A DNA stretch of 64,000 bases, taken from Haplodiscus bocki. Its lineage: Eukaryota. The notes under the pieces are model-generated. The model worked only from the letters and a program-made list of their open reading frames with translations. It did not search any database and was not told the origin of the DNA. Below, in pieces: positions 25,601-38,489 of this stretch (its first letter is position 1; every line of letters starts with the position of its first letter). The stretch covers positions 53,382,001 through 53,446,000 of the forward strand of contig OZ296652.1 of the NCBI GenBank assembly GCA_965655095.1, read 5' to 3'. The position numbers were made by a program, and so were the translations under genes.

Positions 25601-27049
25601 GATTCAAACGTTGATTGAAGAAATGTACCTACAATTATTCTAAAAAATTGAGCTTGTAAAAAAACTGAAAGATCTGAAACATGGGACTCAGAGACAAGTT
25701 CAAAAACAAAACTCCATTAACAAAGTTTAGAAGTTTATACAAAAAAACAAGTCAGTGAAAAAGCAGAAAAGCTTTTGAAATCGAGAAGTGTCCTAGCAAA
25801 GTTCGTTCTTTAACAAATTTTGGGGGACCAAACCAATCGAAAGAGAAAATCCACAAACTTTATTCTAAGCTCTCTTTTCCAATTTAAGAACTGTCCGAAA
25901 ATTATATGAGCGAAAAAATGGAACCACGAGCTGAGGCAGAAACTCCTTCGAAAAACCAGAAAAAGCATCCTGGTGGAGTTTTTGGCAGCTTGAAATTCTG
26001 AAAAGTGCAACGCAAAGAACAGAATTTGAAATGTCATGGTCGAATACCCGTTGGTTATTTGAAATGGATCATTTTGCACTCTGAGAGAAGAAGTCAAGCA
26101 TTAGTTATGAACAAAACCTATTTTCGGAATATGGAGAAAAAGAAAGACTGTTGGAGTCATTGGCAAACAATGGACAAAACGAGAATGATAAAGTTGAAAA
26201 CTTCTTTTTGAATGGTATAGAAGCCAAATAGGACATTGGTAGGAGAAATCGACCCAGTTGTTATAGACAACAGTGAGTTGGAATAATGGTAATACAAATA
26301 AAAAAGTTCTGTCGTTCTTAGTGTCTGGGAACTTCAATCCAGTAAACAGTTTAGTCATATTCACTGGAGTAAAAACTTTCATGATTTGAAAAGACGTCTG
26401 TTAACACCTTGCTGTAGAAAACAAGCTATCAGGTCTGTAGAAAGTTCCAGTTGAATGTCGAGAAAAGTCTATGTTGATGGCAACTTCTGGCTCATTTGGC
26501 CTAACAAACTATGAATTGTACTATCAAACTTGACGTTGCTCTTTTGAATGCCGTTTTTAAAAACTCAGAAGCGGTTGTTCCGTTCCAAGCCATCGAGATG
26601 AATTAGACCAGTGGGTTTCGTGAAAAATAAATATGAGAATCAGGAACAATAAAGACTTACTTCTGACTCTTGAGGGGCACAATTTAACTCCTTAAGCTTA
26701 TCGAAACTCCAACGCAAAAATCAAACCAGCTGATTTTGTGTTGAAGTCTTCTTCACAAAAAAAACACTCTAGTTTGACGCTGATTGATGGAAGAAAAAAA
26801 TTGTCAATGAAAGAAGCGAGCAAGGCTCTCCAGAAAAACTCTAGTCATGGCTTTTTTGGGTAATTTTGGCCAATCGAAATTGCAATGTTTAGTTTCCAAA
26901 ATTTTGGCCAATGTTTATTTTCGTTACGAGCCTTTCTGCAAAATGAACGTTTTCGACAGACTGACACCCAACATCAAGCTGGAGGACTCTCAGGAAGACG
27001 ACTCTGAACAGCGAGCAAACTCGTTAATTCTTCATGGCGTTTCTTGAGG

Positions 27050-28750
27050 GATAGTAATCTTTAGATAAATGTTCTAACCAAAAAACAGTTTTTTGAGATT
27101 CGGAAAAGCGAAAAAAAACACTTCTTGAAAATTTCAATAATAATTGTTTTTCAACTATAAATTTTGAATTATTCTGGGAAGTCTCCTTACAAGAAAGAGT
27201 ATTCTTTTGGGTTTTTTATATCTGAATTCTGATTAAGCGACTGCGCGCCGAAGTTTGACTTGAAAGCCTTACACAGAACAAGAGAAATTCAAAAATACAA
27301 AATCATACTTTTCAAAAACTTCGAATTAATGTTTCTAACTGGATGGAAACTTTCTTCCCGAACTGATATTAAAGACGCCTTCGCGCACCAGGGATCGGTG
27401 GAGACATGGCTGGGTGTTGTTATGCGACGTTATACATGGTGAAAATAGAAATAGTGTGTTGAGTGAAAGACATGGATCCGCCTGTAAGCAAGCTGATGGA
27501 CAAATTGGGAGCCCAAGAAAGCACGTACATGAAATGGAACCTGTGGAGCTAAGGACTACGAACTTTTTAGTCAAAGCGTGCGCAAAGGAAAACTTTTATT
27601 AAGTTAAGGTGTCTCAGAATATCTGGATGGTTCGTATCTCACGTCTGAGTTGTGAAATCTCTACCAAAGACGAAATCATTGCTGACAAAATAAAATAACA
27701 GGGCACTTCTTTGCCAGACAAAAAACTTTTATCTGTAAAACAAGTAATTGTTGGTTTTATGGAGAGTCCCGACGTACCGCTTCTCGTTATTATATGTTAG
27801 CTTCTCTCAAACATGGACATATCCCAAACATGTCAGCTGTATATTTTATTAATTGTGAATTTTTGTATCTCTAGTTTATGTGTTAGAAAAATCCGTTTGC
27901 TGCTGCAAATAGAATGTGGTTTTTTCACAACTATACAGACCAAAATATCCCAACGTATTGTACTTTTTTTGAAAATGATCAGAAACAAAATTTTTATGGT
28001 CTTCCAAAAGGACGAGTAGAAGCACTTTCTCTGCATTTCGGGTGAGGTGTAAGATTTTTAAACTACAGATTCTGTGAGCCAGTAGACCATAGCGAAAAAT
28101 AGCTTGAAGGTAAAGAATTGCGTTAAGTCTCCCCGAAGATTTTCGATTTTGCTTCAGTCAATCAGTGCAATGAAATGTTTTGAAAAAAATTGCGGTACAT
28201 TCTAAGCCTGAAAGAATTTTTTTTCAAACATAGAAGCATGATTATTTCGCTAGAATCGCATCTGTCGAAACTTTTTTACCCATTGAACTTTTTGAATCCG
28301 GTTTGTTGACTAGTACCAGATTTGACTTCCTTAGTCTAAATAACAAGGTATTCTGATCACTTCGAATCATTGTGTTGTCAAGAACTAAGGAAAACTCTGT
28401 GATGAGAAAAATTTTTATTGTGAAGAAAAAACATGTTATCGGAAGACACAAAGATACGAAGATTGTCATAGGTTTGAAGGAAACTATGAGAAACAAAGGC
28501 CCAGAGATCAATTCTCGAGGCACCCCATCACTTGTTTGAAAAACTTGCACATACAGTTGTTCATTTGATCTTGGGGACTGATAATTTTTGTTATAGCTGG
28601 GGAACCAACATTTACAATTTCTCGGACATCCTAACTATCCCAATTATATAACGTGATACTTCTCTTCTTTGTGGCGAAACCTTGGTTGAAATCAAAGGAG
28701 ACTCAAGTTTGATTTTGTTTTATTTGATATTATCCCCTCCAGAATGTCAA
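27050..28750 (+). pseudogene. Possible family B DNA polymerase relic
   Basis: Decayed motifs in the expected order: FLTGWKLSSRTDI (Exo II-like, ~27335), FDFLSL (region II-like, 28321), INSRG, ILGTDNF (28568), VEIKG (28685). None is a perfect match. Confidence 0.35.
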
Positions 28751-29099
28751 ATACAGGGGGAAATATGTTCTAGTCACTTTCAAACTAAAAGTGTTTCTTA
28801 CTGATGCCCAGTTTTGAAGCTGTAAAGCCGGTGATACCTTGTTGTTTCAAAGGCTTCAATTAGAAGTGGTTTATTCAATGCTTCTCTGTAGTTATACAAA
28901 CAAAAGCATGAGCTAATTTTGAACATCAGAGGGTGTTCTGTTTTCGCTAGGCAACGTGGGAAGTTCCATTTCCAAACGAAGTATCGATCAAGGTCGAGAA
29001 AAAACAAAAAATTTCTGTTGCAATTGCTAAGCAATTTGCTTTGAGATGAATCAAGTCCTATGAAATTGTCCAAAAGGCAAGTAGACATCCTTTAAAACA

Positions 29100-30115
29100 T
29101 ATGTTTTCTATTGGTACGGAAATTGTACCTCGCTGCGCTGACGGACAGAAAACTATAAATGATTCTATTAAAAAATATTTCAAGTCGATTAAAAGCTTAC
29201 AAAGAAACCTTCAAAAATTTGCCCCTCATTCTGTTGGCATCGACAACTAGACCATCCCCAATCTTTAGGAGACTTTACTCCTTTTTGTTTTTTTCTTTGT
29301 CATGGATATTTTTTGAGAATTTTAACTTCATTAGAGAAAATTGTTTGAATTACTTTTGGCAATGTAGTGGTTTTTAAAAACACCCAAAATTTGTCATATT
29401 TTCATCACAAAGTCAAAATCCAAAAAGTATTTGTTGTCCTCCGTTTACTACCTGAGAGAGGTGTTTCTTTGGGGTGTTTTTTTTCTTTCATGGTCGAACC
29501 ATGGTAAATCCTTTTAGCCTCTTTTTTACTAAATTGACTCTAAAATAAACTATTTACTTTAATAGTTGGCAACTGATTTACAGCAACATCCAGATCGTTC
29601 GATAATTCAAATACTGATTGCTCATACTGTGCGATCATTAACCTATCCTCTAGATCTTCTTCGTTTTCAAAAACGCCTGCGAAATTTCCCGAGGGAAGAT
29701 TCTGTCAAAGTGTGATTATCATAAAGCCTGGTTACTGCAGCGGCGTAAGCAGCTCTGAATTTGGGCTTTACATCACAACAAAAAGTCTTTCTTTTCCACT
29801 TCATAGCACTTGGTCTATCAAGCCCCCTGTTGTCTCAGCCTTTGATAGTAAAATTTTCAATATTTCCAGAAAATTTTTTTTTGATGTCTCCATGATAGCG
29901 TTTAGTTGTATTGTTTTAAGACAGTAAAACAATGTTCCTCTCATTTGGAAAACACAAGCCATCCAAAAAACAACACATTTCCTTGGGAAGCTGTGTAGTA
30001 CAAAAAACAAACCTGTTTCTCCATTTAAAGGTGAGTTGTACCAACAACGAACATGAAGAAAGGTTTCTGTAAGAGTTTTGCACGTACAAAGAAGTTCTTT
30101 CACTGGTATCTTCAA
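29100..30115 (-). mobile_element. Degraded LINE fragment (endonuclease/linker)
   Basis: LTETFL, TTGGLIDQV and DLPWFD segments in broken frames. Confidence 0.45.
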
Positions 30116-30119
30116 CTAG

Positions 30120-32200
30120 TTATTTAACTCTAACAATCCGCCCAAATTTTCATCCTACTCCATCAATGAAATTCCGCTTTGCAAAATCCTTAACGAAAGG
30201 TAGAACTATCCACCGCCAAAAGGAAGGCAACTTGGCATAACGACTGAAAAATGGAACGTTTCGGTTGTTGGTGACTTCAATTAGCCAGATATCGATTGAG
30301 ACAATCTATCGCCTGATGCGAACCAAGAAATATTTTTTGATGTCTTCGATGAATGAAATCTCCTCCAACTTGTTCGCACACATACAGACATGAAGCGTAA
30401 TATATTGGACATAGTTACTACGTCTAACAGCAACGTACTGGAAGTGTTTGTTCTTGACGATCCTCTTTCTGATCATTATCCAGTAAACATTACAGATTTC
30501 GTCGAAAACATTCAAAGTACTTCCAAATTCTCAACTCTAGTATATTCCAAATCAGCGTTTGACAAACTTTATTTTAATGACTTCCTGGGTCCTACCTATC
30601 AATTTCTCCACTATTCGCTTGATTTCACAGCACATGATCAAAACTTTTTTTATCATAAAGTCCCCAAAACACAGCTACAAAAAGGAAACCAAAAGGGCGT
30701 TGTGAATTTCCTTACTACTTTTCGTCTCATAGTTTTCATTTGGCCAACAAGCTTCGTTCGGCTTTGAAAACAAATGATCTGGAAGCAGCATCACAAACAC
30801 CGGCCTTCAGCAAGTCTGCTGAATTGGAGAAAGCTGTCTTTTTATTCATTCCAAAAAGTGTTTAATATTTCTACAGGTTCATCAGGCCCTTCCAAATTAA
30901 CTCAATTCTTCCTGAGAAACACGTCTACTAATCAAACCCATTAACTAACGACTTTCATATAACTGAAGCATTCAACAACTTCTGCGCATCAATTTTCACC
31001 ACACTTTTACCATTGCAGCAATTTGATAAGTCCCTATTTGCAGAAGTTATCCTTATTGGTGTCAAACTTAGAGATACTGTTCCTTCAACTAATTTTATTG
31101 CGAATCTTTCAACCAACAGTAACAGAAACCATTTAAATTATCCTGTTGCTTCATCTGTTTACCCTTGTGCAACTGTTGTCCTTTCTCCTGTAGTTTTAAC
31201 ATTGTTTTACATTTTTCCTAAATCTTGTTAATAGCCATCTGACTGTAAAAATTGATAACGAGATTCAATTCAGCTCAACATTGTTTTGCACCGTATATGT
31301 CTCTGGCTACTCAACTTATCGCTTGCGTTGAAGAAATTTTAGCTGCTATTGATAGTGGCAACTTACAGCTGCAGCAAATTTCGACGTTGTTAAAGCTTTC
31401 GACTCTGTTCTCCACTATGGGTTGATCGCAAAACTTTCTAAAAACGGCCTCGATCAAGATTTTTCCAAACTTTTTAAATCATATGTTTATATCAGGGATC
31501 AAAGTGTTCGTGAAAAACAGTCTATTTCAAACATTATACCCATTTCATGCGGAATTCCTCAGGGCAAAATCGTAGGTTTTCTTCTTTTTGTCGTGTATGT
31601 TGGTGACATATCAAACTGCATTGATTGCCCAATCCATTTTTACAATAATGATATCAAACTTCTGACTCAAAATTATGACAGCCTTATTCAACAAATTGCT
31701 CTAATTCAGGAGTGGTCATCAGAAAGTCTGAGGAAGTCAATAACTTTCCATAAAAGAGCTTTGAAAAACGCTTCTGAGAATCAGAATTAAAACTACTCCT
31801 TTGTGCATATATTCCTTCACCAATCTGCTGCACCATCATCAGTAGACAAATGTTTTCTCAGCAAAACATTCAACGTCTTTAACAATTTAAATTTATCAAA
31901 CTTCATATATGTTTAATCCTGTCCTTCAACACTTCTGCTTCAACGCTACCGTTGCTTCAAAACTATGAATAATCTCAAACCATGTCTGAGAAAACTTTTT
32001 TTTCAGTATTGCTTGTGAAATTGCCAACAAGCCATTAGGAATGCGACTGTATATACGTGACCATCCTCCAACTTACAAATTAGTTCCAACAAAATATATT
32101 CAACAGCAATCAACTTTTTGCTTCAATGAACGTCTATCAAGTCCTGGACCCTAGATTGTGGCTGTAATCACCGTTATTCCCGTAGACTTAAGGACCATGT
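30120..32200 (+). mobile_element. Degraded CR1/L2-like LINE ORF2
   Basis: VVGDFN, NILDIV and SDHYPV (APE endonuclease); KAFDSV, GIPQG...LLFVVYVGDI and FYNNDIKL (RT). Confidence 0.8.
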
Positions 32201-35002
32201 CTGAACTTCATAAATCACATTTTCATTTTACCACAAGAAAAAGATTAACAATGAGAATTTAAATTCTTTGATGAGAACCTGGTACAGAATTAAACAAGTA
32301 TAGAATAACACAAATATAAAAATAACAGTAAATAAATGTAGATATATAAAATAAGTAGCACCATCGGAAGGGACACACAAATTATGAAATGAGGAAGCGA
32401 ATAAAATAACAGCACATGACGAGCAATCTCATCGAAAAATTGTAATTGGAAAGTGATTTTTTACTTTTACTTATTGCATGTGTTTCATTGTTTCACGCTT
32501 GGTTCCAATCGAAAAATGAACTGTACACAAAGCTGATTTTGTCAGGCAATTGATCAGTTTTGCACCTCTGTAACGCAAAGAATTACGACTAACAGAGCAG
32601 GGTTCATTTGGCAAAGAAAAGAGATTGAGTTCACTTTTTCCGTTGTAAACATTAGCTGCTTTGCGCTCTTTTATCGAGTTAAAATACTCAATTGGTAGAA
32701 GACTACGAAATGATTTTCAAACAAATATTAGGAAACTCAGTCTTGTATTAGTCATATACATATAACACATCTAATTCATTGGAAAGTTCGGCAGATGGAT
32801 AAGAACGAGCTTTAAACAAAGTTGTAGTATCTTTTTCGTAAAAGAAAAACAGGTTTCAATCTATTTTTTGAAACACACACACAAAAAAAGAGACCAGCTC
32901 CGATAACCAAGTAGTATAGTACTGAGGAAGCAAAATCTTTTCAACATAGTTTCCTATACCTGATTTTAAAGAATATTCTTGAGACAGTTTAATAACTACC
33001 TCAGCAATATGAAAAATGAAGTTTAAAATTTTCTCGATTGAAATGCCAAGACACTTCACACAATTACTGTGCCCAATCATGGGGGCTGACAAATGAACCT
33101 CCTCGCCCTCATTTTCTTTTAAAAATTTTTGGGTTGAGTTTTATCGATAATTAGATCAAGCATAATGACAGATAACCTTTTCGGTAAATTCTATAAAATT
33201 TTATTGAGCAAAAACAACTCATCTTGATTTTTACAGTTGATCAAAATCGTTTCGTCGGCAGAAAAGTGAGTTAGGAAAATGACAAGCAGTTGTTAGATCA
33301 TTGATGTATATCAAAAACAGTTGAGGTCCAAAAAATGAAACTTGCGGTACTCCTAGCAGCAGGTAAAGGAAATCCGAAAGTACACCATTTACTTGAACAC
33401 ACTGACGTCGTTCTCTTAAAAATGAATCAAACCACGTTGAACAAATTCTTTTAATATCAAACTTTTCCAGTTCAGCTAATAAAATTTTCAAATTTAATGG
33501 AACCAATTGCTTTACACAAATCAAGCAACTAACACGTAAGTGTATCAGTACTCCCTTGCTCAATTTGTTCTGTAATTTCAGCAAGAGCGTTGGCAGTCTT
33601 CGCTTACTACGAAAACCAAACTGTTTTGAATTAAAAAAGTCTTTTGATCAAAAAATGAAGAAAATCAGTCATCCATGTTTTTACTCGAACACTTTACCAT
33701 TAGCTGGCAATATCGAAATCATTTTATAGTTTTTGATTTTCAATATGTCACCTGACTTGTGTAAAGGATAAAAATTTGCATCTTTAAGAAACTTCGGGCA
33801 CCAACCGTGTAACAAACACAAATTGAGAAGTTCAGTTAAAATAAAAATAGTGACCGTAAGCGAACTTTTAAGCACTTCAGCAGAGACACCATCATTTCCA
33901 ATGGCTTTATGTTTATTCAAAAATACCCACCGTATTAAAAACGTCAGTCTTATTAGTTGGGTAGAAAACATATTGTGATCAATATTATCAAAAAAATTAA
34001 TACAATCGTTAAGCTCCTTTGTGATTGGACATTAAACAGTAGTCTCAAAGTTAACAACGTTTTTCTGAACTTATCCACAAAAACTGTAGCGGAATAAATG
34101 TTGTTTTTGTTTTCATTATTTTTTTGCTGATTGTTTTGACACTTTTTTTACCTGTCATTTCAGTAAGCATCTTATAGAACTTTTTAGGTTTACTCATACA
34201 ATTTGAAAAGAGATCTGACAACTGATTACAATTGGCTGATCTGACAGTAAAACTTCCTCGTGACCGATTTTCAACAGCTCTGCTTTATTGAAGCAGTTGC
34301 TTTTTCTCTGAAGTGCCTCAATAAATGTCTCGTTTTACTCATTGCATTTTTAACTTTATTACTAAACCAAGGTGGTTGACATTTTTCTTTCTCGCATTGT
34401 TTTACAGAATTGCATAGTTCAATACTAATTTGTATGGATTCTAAAAACAATTCAATGTGCTCATCAAGGTTGTCATACAGATTGGGCGTTTCAAGTTCTT
34501 TTGAAATTAGTTCCAGATAAACTTGTCTCGCATCTTCGTTACAAATGAAATTAAAAACTTTGTATGTAGTTTCAGTATCATCATTCTATCAGAAAAAGAA
34601 TGGCAATTTCAGGAAAGTAGCACAGTGATCAGTTAAAGCAGAAGCAAGTATACCAGAGGGTTGTCAAAGAAATGATAGATCGGAGTTACTGAAGCTATGG
34701 TAAACCGTGTTGCGGTCGCTACTAGTAGCGTCGTTTCGTTATACTGCAATAAATTAGAATAATTGCTAAACAAATTGTTTTGTTTCAGAACATTAATGTT
34801 CATAGGGCCTACAATAAGAAATGGGGAGTCCAATTAATTGGAAAAGTCATTTAAAAACAATTCAAGCTCCTTCAATATAAAAGAATGTTTCCAGGATGGA
34901 GAGATGTACATGCAAACCAAAACAAAACATTGGTTGTTCTCATTCGCTCATTTTTCGATTTTAATTCATCTGTTTGCTGTGGTGTATACCACCTCATGTT
35001 TG

Positions 35003-38000
35003 TTGTTGTAGTTGTTGTTGTTGTTAATGTGAATTTCCGTAAAGGAGGGATTTCTCCCGGTAGAGTTTTTAAAATATCGTCCACAGATTTCTACACTTTT
35101 GACAGTCGCAACACAATTGCCAGGTGCAGACGTTTGAAGATGAGAACTTCTTCTCCACAAATTCCCACATTAGTTTAATTAATCTAGCTTTTAAGTTTTT
35201 GGCTTCGTGGAACTTTATTTTATCGTCAATTTTGTTGGCTAGTCTGCATGTTCGAAAGATAAATTCACTTCGTCTTTTCTCCGTTCGTGTCTTCTTTAGA
35301 GAAAAAATTTCTTTTCTCGTGCTATTCTCGGCTTTACTAAGATTGTGCGGTAGTATTGATTTCAATTCGTTGTCTTCGTCTTGGCAGATTTTCGAGAGGA
35401 AGAAAAGATCGTTTAATTGCAAGAAAATCGGAAGTGGTAAGAGATTTAGTAGACGCAGTTTTTCAACGTAGCTTCTGGTTGAGTCGCCGCAGATGCATTT
35501 GACAACTTTTCTTTGGAACTGTTCGAGAGTGAGTAGGTCAGTCCGAAATACTTTGACGCAATGAAAACCGTACAGCAAAATTGGTAGAACAATAGACTTG
35601 TGGAGACCAAGTTTCACGAGGGTGTTGACTGAGTATGCTATGTTTCTCCTGAGCAAGTAGAAAACTTTGTTGGATTTTTTCAGTCTCTCGTTTATGTGGC
35701 ATGTCCAGCTGAGATCGTTCTTGATGAAAACTCCGAGGTTTTGATGACGTTAACCTTCTCTAGTTTTTGTTTGTAAAGCGATAGATTTCCGTCACTGCCT
35801 TTTAGTGTGAGCATTCCACATTTTTCAATGGCTAGTTTCATCTGATTTAATTCAACCCATTTTTCAATTGAGGAGAGGTCCGATTGTGCTTCTAACTGGT
35901 TTTGGCCAGTGTAGAGGAGTTTCAGATCGTCTGCAAAGATGTAAGGTTGGCTGAAACGTAGAGCGTCGGGAAGATCTTTGATGAAGATGCAGTAGAGAAG
36001 GGGACCAAGAAGTGATCCTTGAGGGACCCCGCTTGTTACGTCAAGTGGATTAGAACAGTGGTTTCCAATTCTGACATATTGTTTCCGATTGTCTAAATAG
36101 TCGTAAAGCAGATCCAATAAACAGCCTCCGACTTCGATGGAGCAGAGTTTGTTTAACAAGTGCTGATGTGGTACTCGGTCAAAGGCCTTGGAGAAATCAG
36201 CATAGAAAGCTACGATGTAGTCATCGGTGTTCCTGTCCAAAGCTTCATGAATGTCTTTCATGAACCTTAACATGTTGCTGTAAACTGATCGTCCACGTAT
36301 GAAACCATGTTGATGCCTTGATAGGTAGGATGCAAAGTGTTTGTATAGCGGCTCGTACATGCCTTTCTCAAAAAAATTTTCATCAATATCGAGAAGTGAG
36401 ATACCTCTGTAATTCTCAACGAGTTTTCTGTCGTCTTTTTTGTAAATGGGTGAAACGGCAGCTGTTTTCCAGCTCGATGGCATTTTACGTAAACGTTTGA
36501 TGTTCTTGAACAGTACATTCAGGGTTTTGCTCATTTCACGATTTGTATATTTATAGATCACAGGAGGTTTCCCATTTGGCCCTCTCGATTTTGATATATC
36601 GAGGTCTGATATGAAATTACTGATAGTTTTTACTGATATAGAGAAGTTTGATAGAGAAGAAGTCTGATAATTGAGTTCTGATTTGCTGAAGTGCGTTTTT
36701 GGCGCGAAAACTGAATTGAAAAACTCGTTGAAAAGTTCCGCTTTCTGTTGATCAGTTTCTGCAGAACGCCCGTTTAATTCGACCACCAGTGGGATGATTG
36801 CCGATTTGTTGAGGTGTTTTAGGTGCTTGAAGATCCTGTGAGTTGACCTGGATCCCAATAATTTGTTTTGGTAGTCAATTCGATCTTGTTCGAAGAGTTC
36901 AGTGACCATGTTTTCGAGTTGGAAAACATAAGATTTTCTGTAGCTTGTCGGGCGTGTAGATAATAGTCGTTTCTGTGTTTCAAGTTTTTTCAATTCGTGC
37001 GAGGTGCTCGGCTGAATCCAGGGAGGCAGAGTTTGTCGGTGACTTGTTCTTGTGGGAACGTGTAAATCGGACAACCAGTCAAGGTAGTCAATGTACTCAG
37101 CATACATGTTGTCAATGTTAGTGAAGCATACAGGTGTAAACGGAGTGCCTTCCATTTCTTCAATCATTGATTTATAGTCACCTGACCCGTAGCTTTTGTA
37201 TTTTTCTCGAACCGAATTGTACTCTGTGAAACGGAAGTCCACAGACGTTTTAATTGCTAAGTGGTCAGAGCAATTGAAAGTTTTATCGAATTTTTGATCG
37301 TTTTCAGAAAAGACTGTGCAATTTTGGTAGAAAAACACGTCCAGTGTGTTGGAGTTGCAAGTTGGAAAGTTGAAGGATTGCTTTAGCAGTCTGCTTTCGA
37401 ACAGTTCAATTAACTCGGCTTCCTCTTCATCAAAAGTTGTCCAAGAGTCCCAGTTTGTGTTCGGGAAGTTTAAATCCCCACATACAAGTTTTATGTTCCT
37501 CTTTGGCAGCTCGCGTAGAATTTCCTGGAAGTCATTCATTGTGTAACGGTAGGGACTTGTTTTCGGAGGATTGTAGAACGAGCATATGTAGATTTCAACA
37601 CCTTCGATTTTTACTTTGCAAAGAACGCAACTATCGACTTCCTTCGTTTTTGAGCGGTGTGAGCTGAGGGTGTTTTTGACTGCGATTAGCGCTCCCCCGT
37701 GCGTGTTGCTAAACGGTTGTTTGCGATCTTGTCTATATATGTTGAAATTACTAAGAAAGAGTTCAGAGTCGTTGATTTGTTCGTTTAGCCAAGTTTCACA
37801 CACACACATTATATTGTACGCGCCCGTTTGTATAGCGTTTGCCAGTTTGTGACGTCGTTCAAAATTGACTAAACTTCTTGCATTGATTTGAAGGATATTG
37901 AGCGAAGATAGTCATCTGGTAGCGGGCGCTCCCGTCTCCAGTTCAACCTTCACTTCGTTATTGAAGAGCTCAAATTTGCGTATTTTGAGATTTTCTCTCG

Positions 38001-38145
38001 GTACACCTTCTTCTAGAAGTTCTCTTCGTTTTTTCAGACATAGACTCTCTTTAATAGCTTCATCTTTTGATAAGGCTTGTGAGATGAAAACATTTTGTGA
38101 TTTTAACTCATTTCATCTTTCCACACTTTTGGCTAACACCAAAAG
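35003..38145 (-). mobile_element. Young 5'-truncated CR1-like LINE with (AAC)n tail and 37-bp TSD
   Basis: Identical 37-mer at 34966-35002 and 38146-38182; (GTT)n on + at ~35003-35025; ORF1 C-terminus plus nearly intact ORF2. Confidence 0.95.
35069..37911 (-). pseudogene. LINE ORF2 (APE endonuclease + reverse transcriptase), one frameshift
   Basis: INARSL, CETW, YNPP, GDLN, SDH; DFSKAFD, GVPQGSLLGP, FADD; a 1-bp loss near 35740 breaks KDLG; C-terminal CCDCQKC. Confidence 0.92.
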
Positions 38146-38489
38146 TCATCTGTTTGCTGTGGTGTATACCACCTCATGTTTGATGGATTCGTGAGAAGAA
38201 ACGACTACACCGTCATTTCCATTGAATCCACGATGAATTACCGGGGTCAGGTAATTGTTCAGGTTTAACATTTGAAGTTCATTTCGATTTGATATCCATG
38301 CTTCTGATAAACAAACAACAGATGGCCTAATACCGCCAAAAACTTCCAAACATAGCTCTTTTTTGTAAACGTTTTTACTGAGCAACTGAGTTTTGACATA
38401 AAAACTCCCTTCATTGCCTCCTCGATTGATCTCAATGTCTTTGCTAAAAGTTTTACATTCATTTGTATAAGTGGGTGGGTTAAAATTAT

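Noticed and set aside
27058-27072. SLDKC as a decayed Exo I (DIE) motif
   Set aside because: Requires assuming a 3-nt deletion; the position fits but it is too weak to count as evidence.
35124-38194. Several + strand ORFs over the young LINE
   Set aside because: Antisense shadows of ORF1/ORF2 with no motifs.
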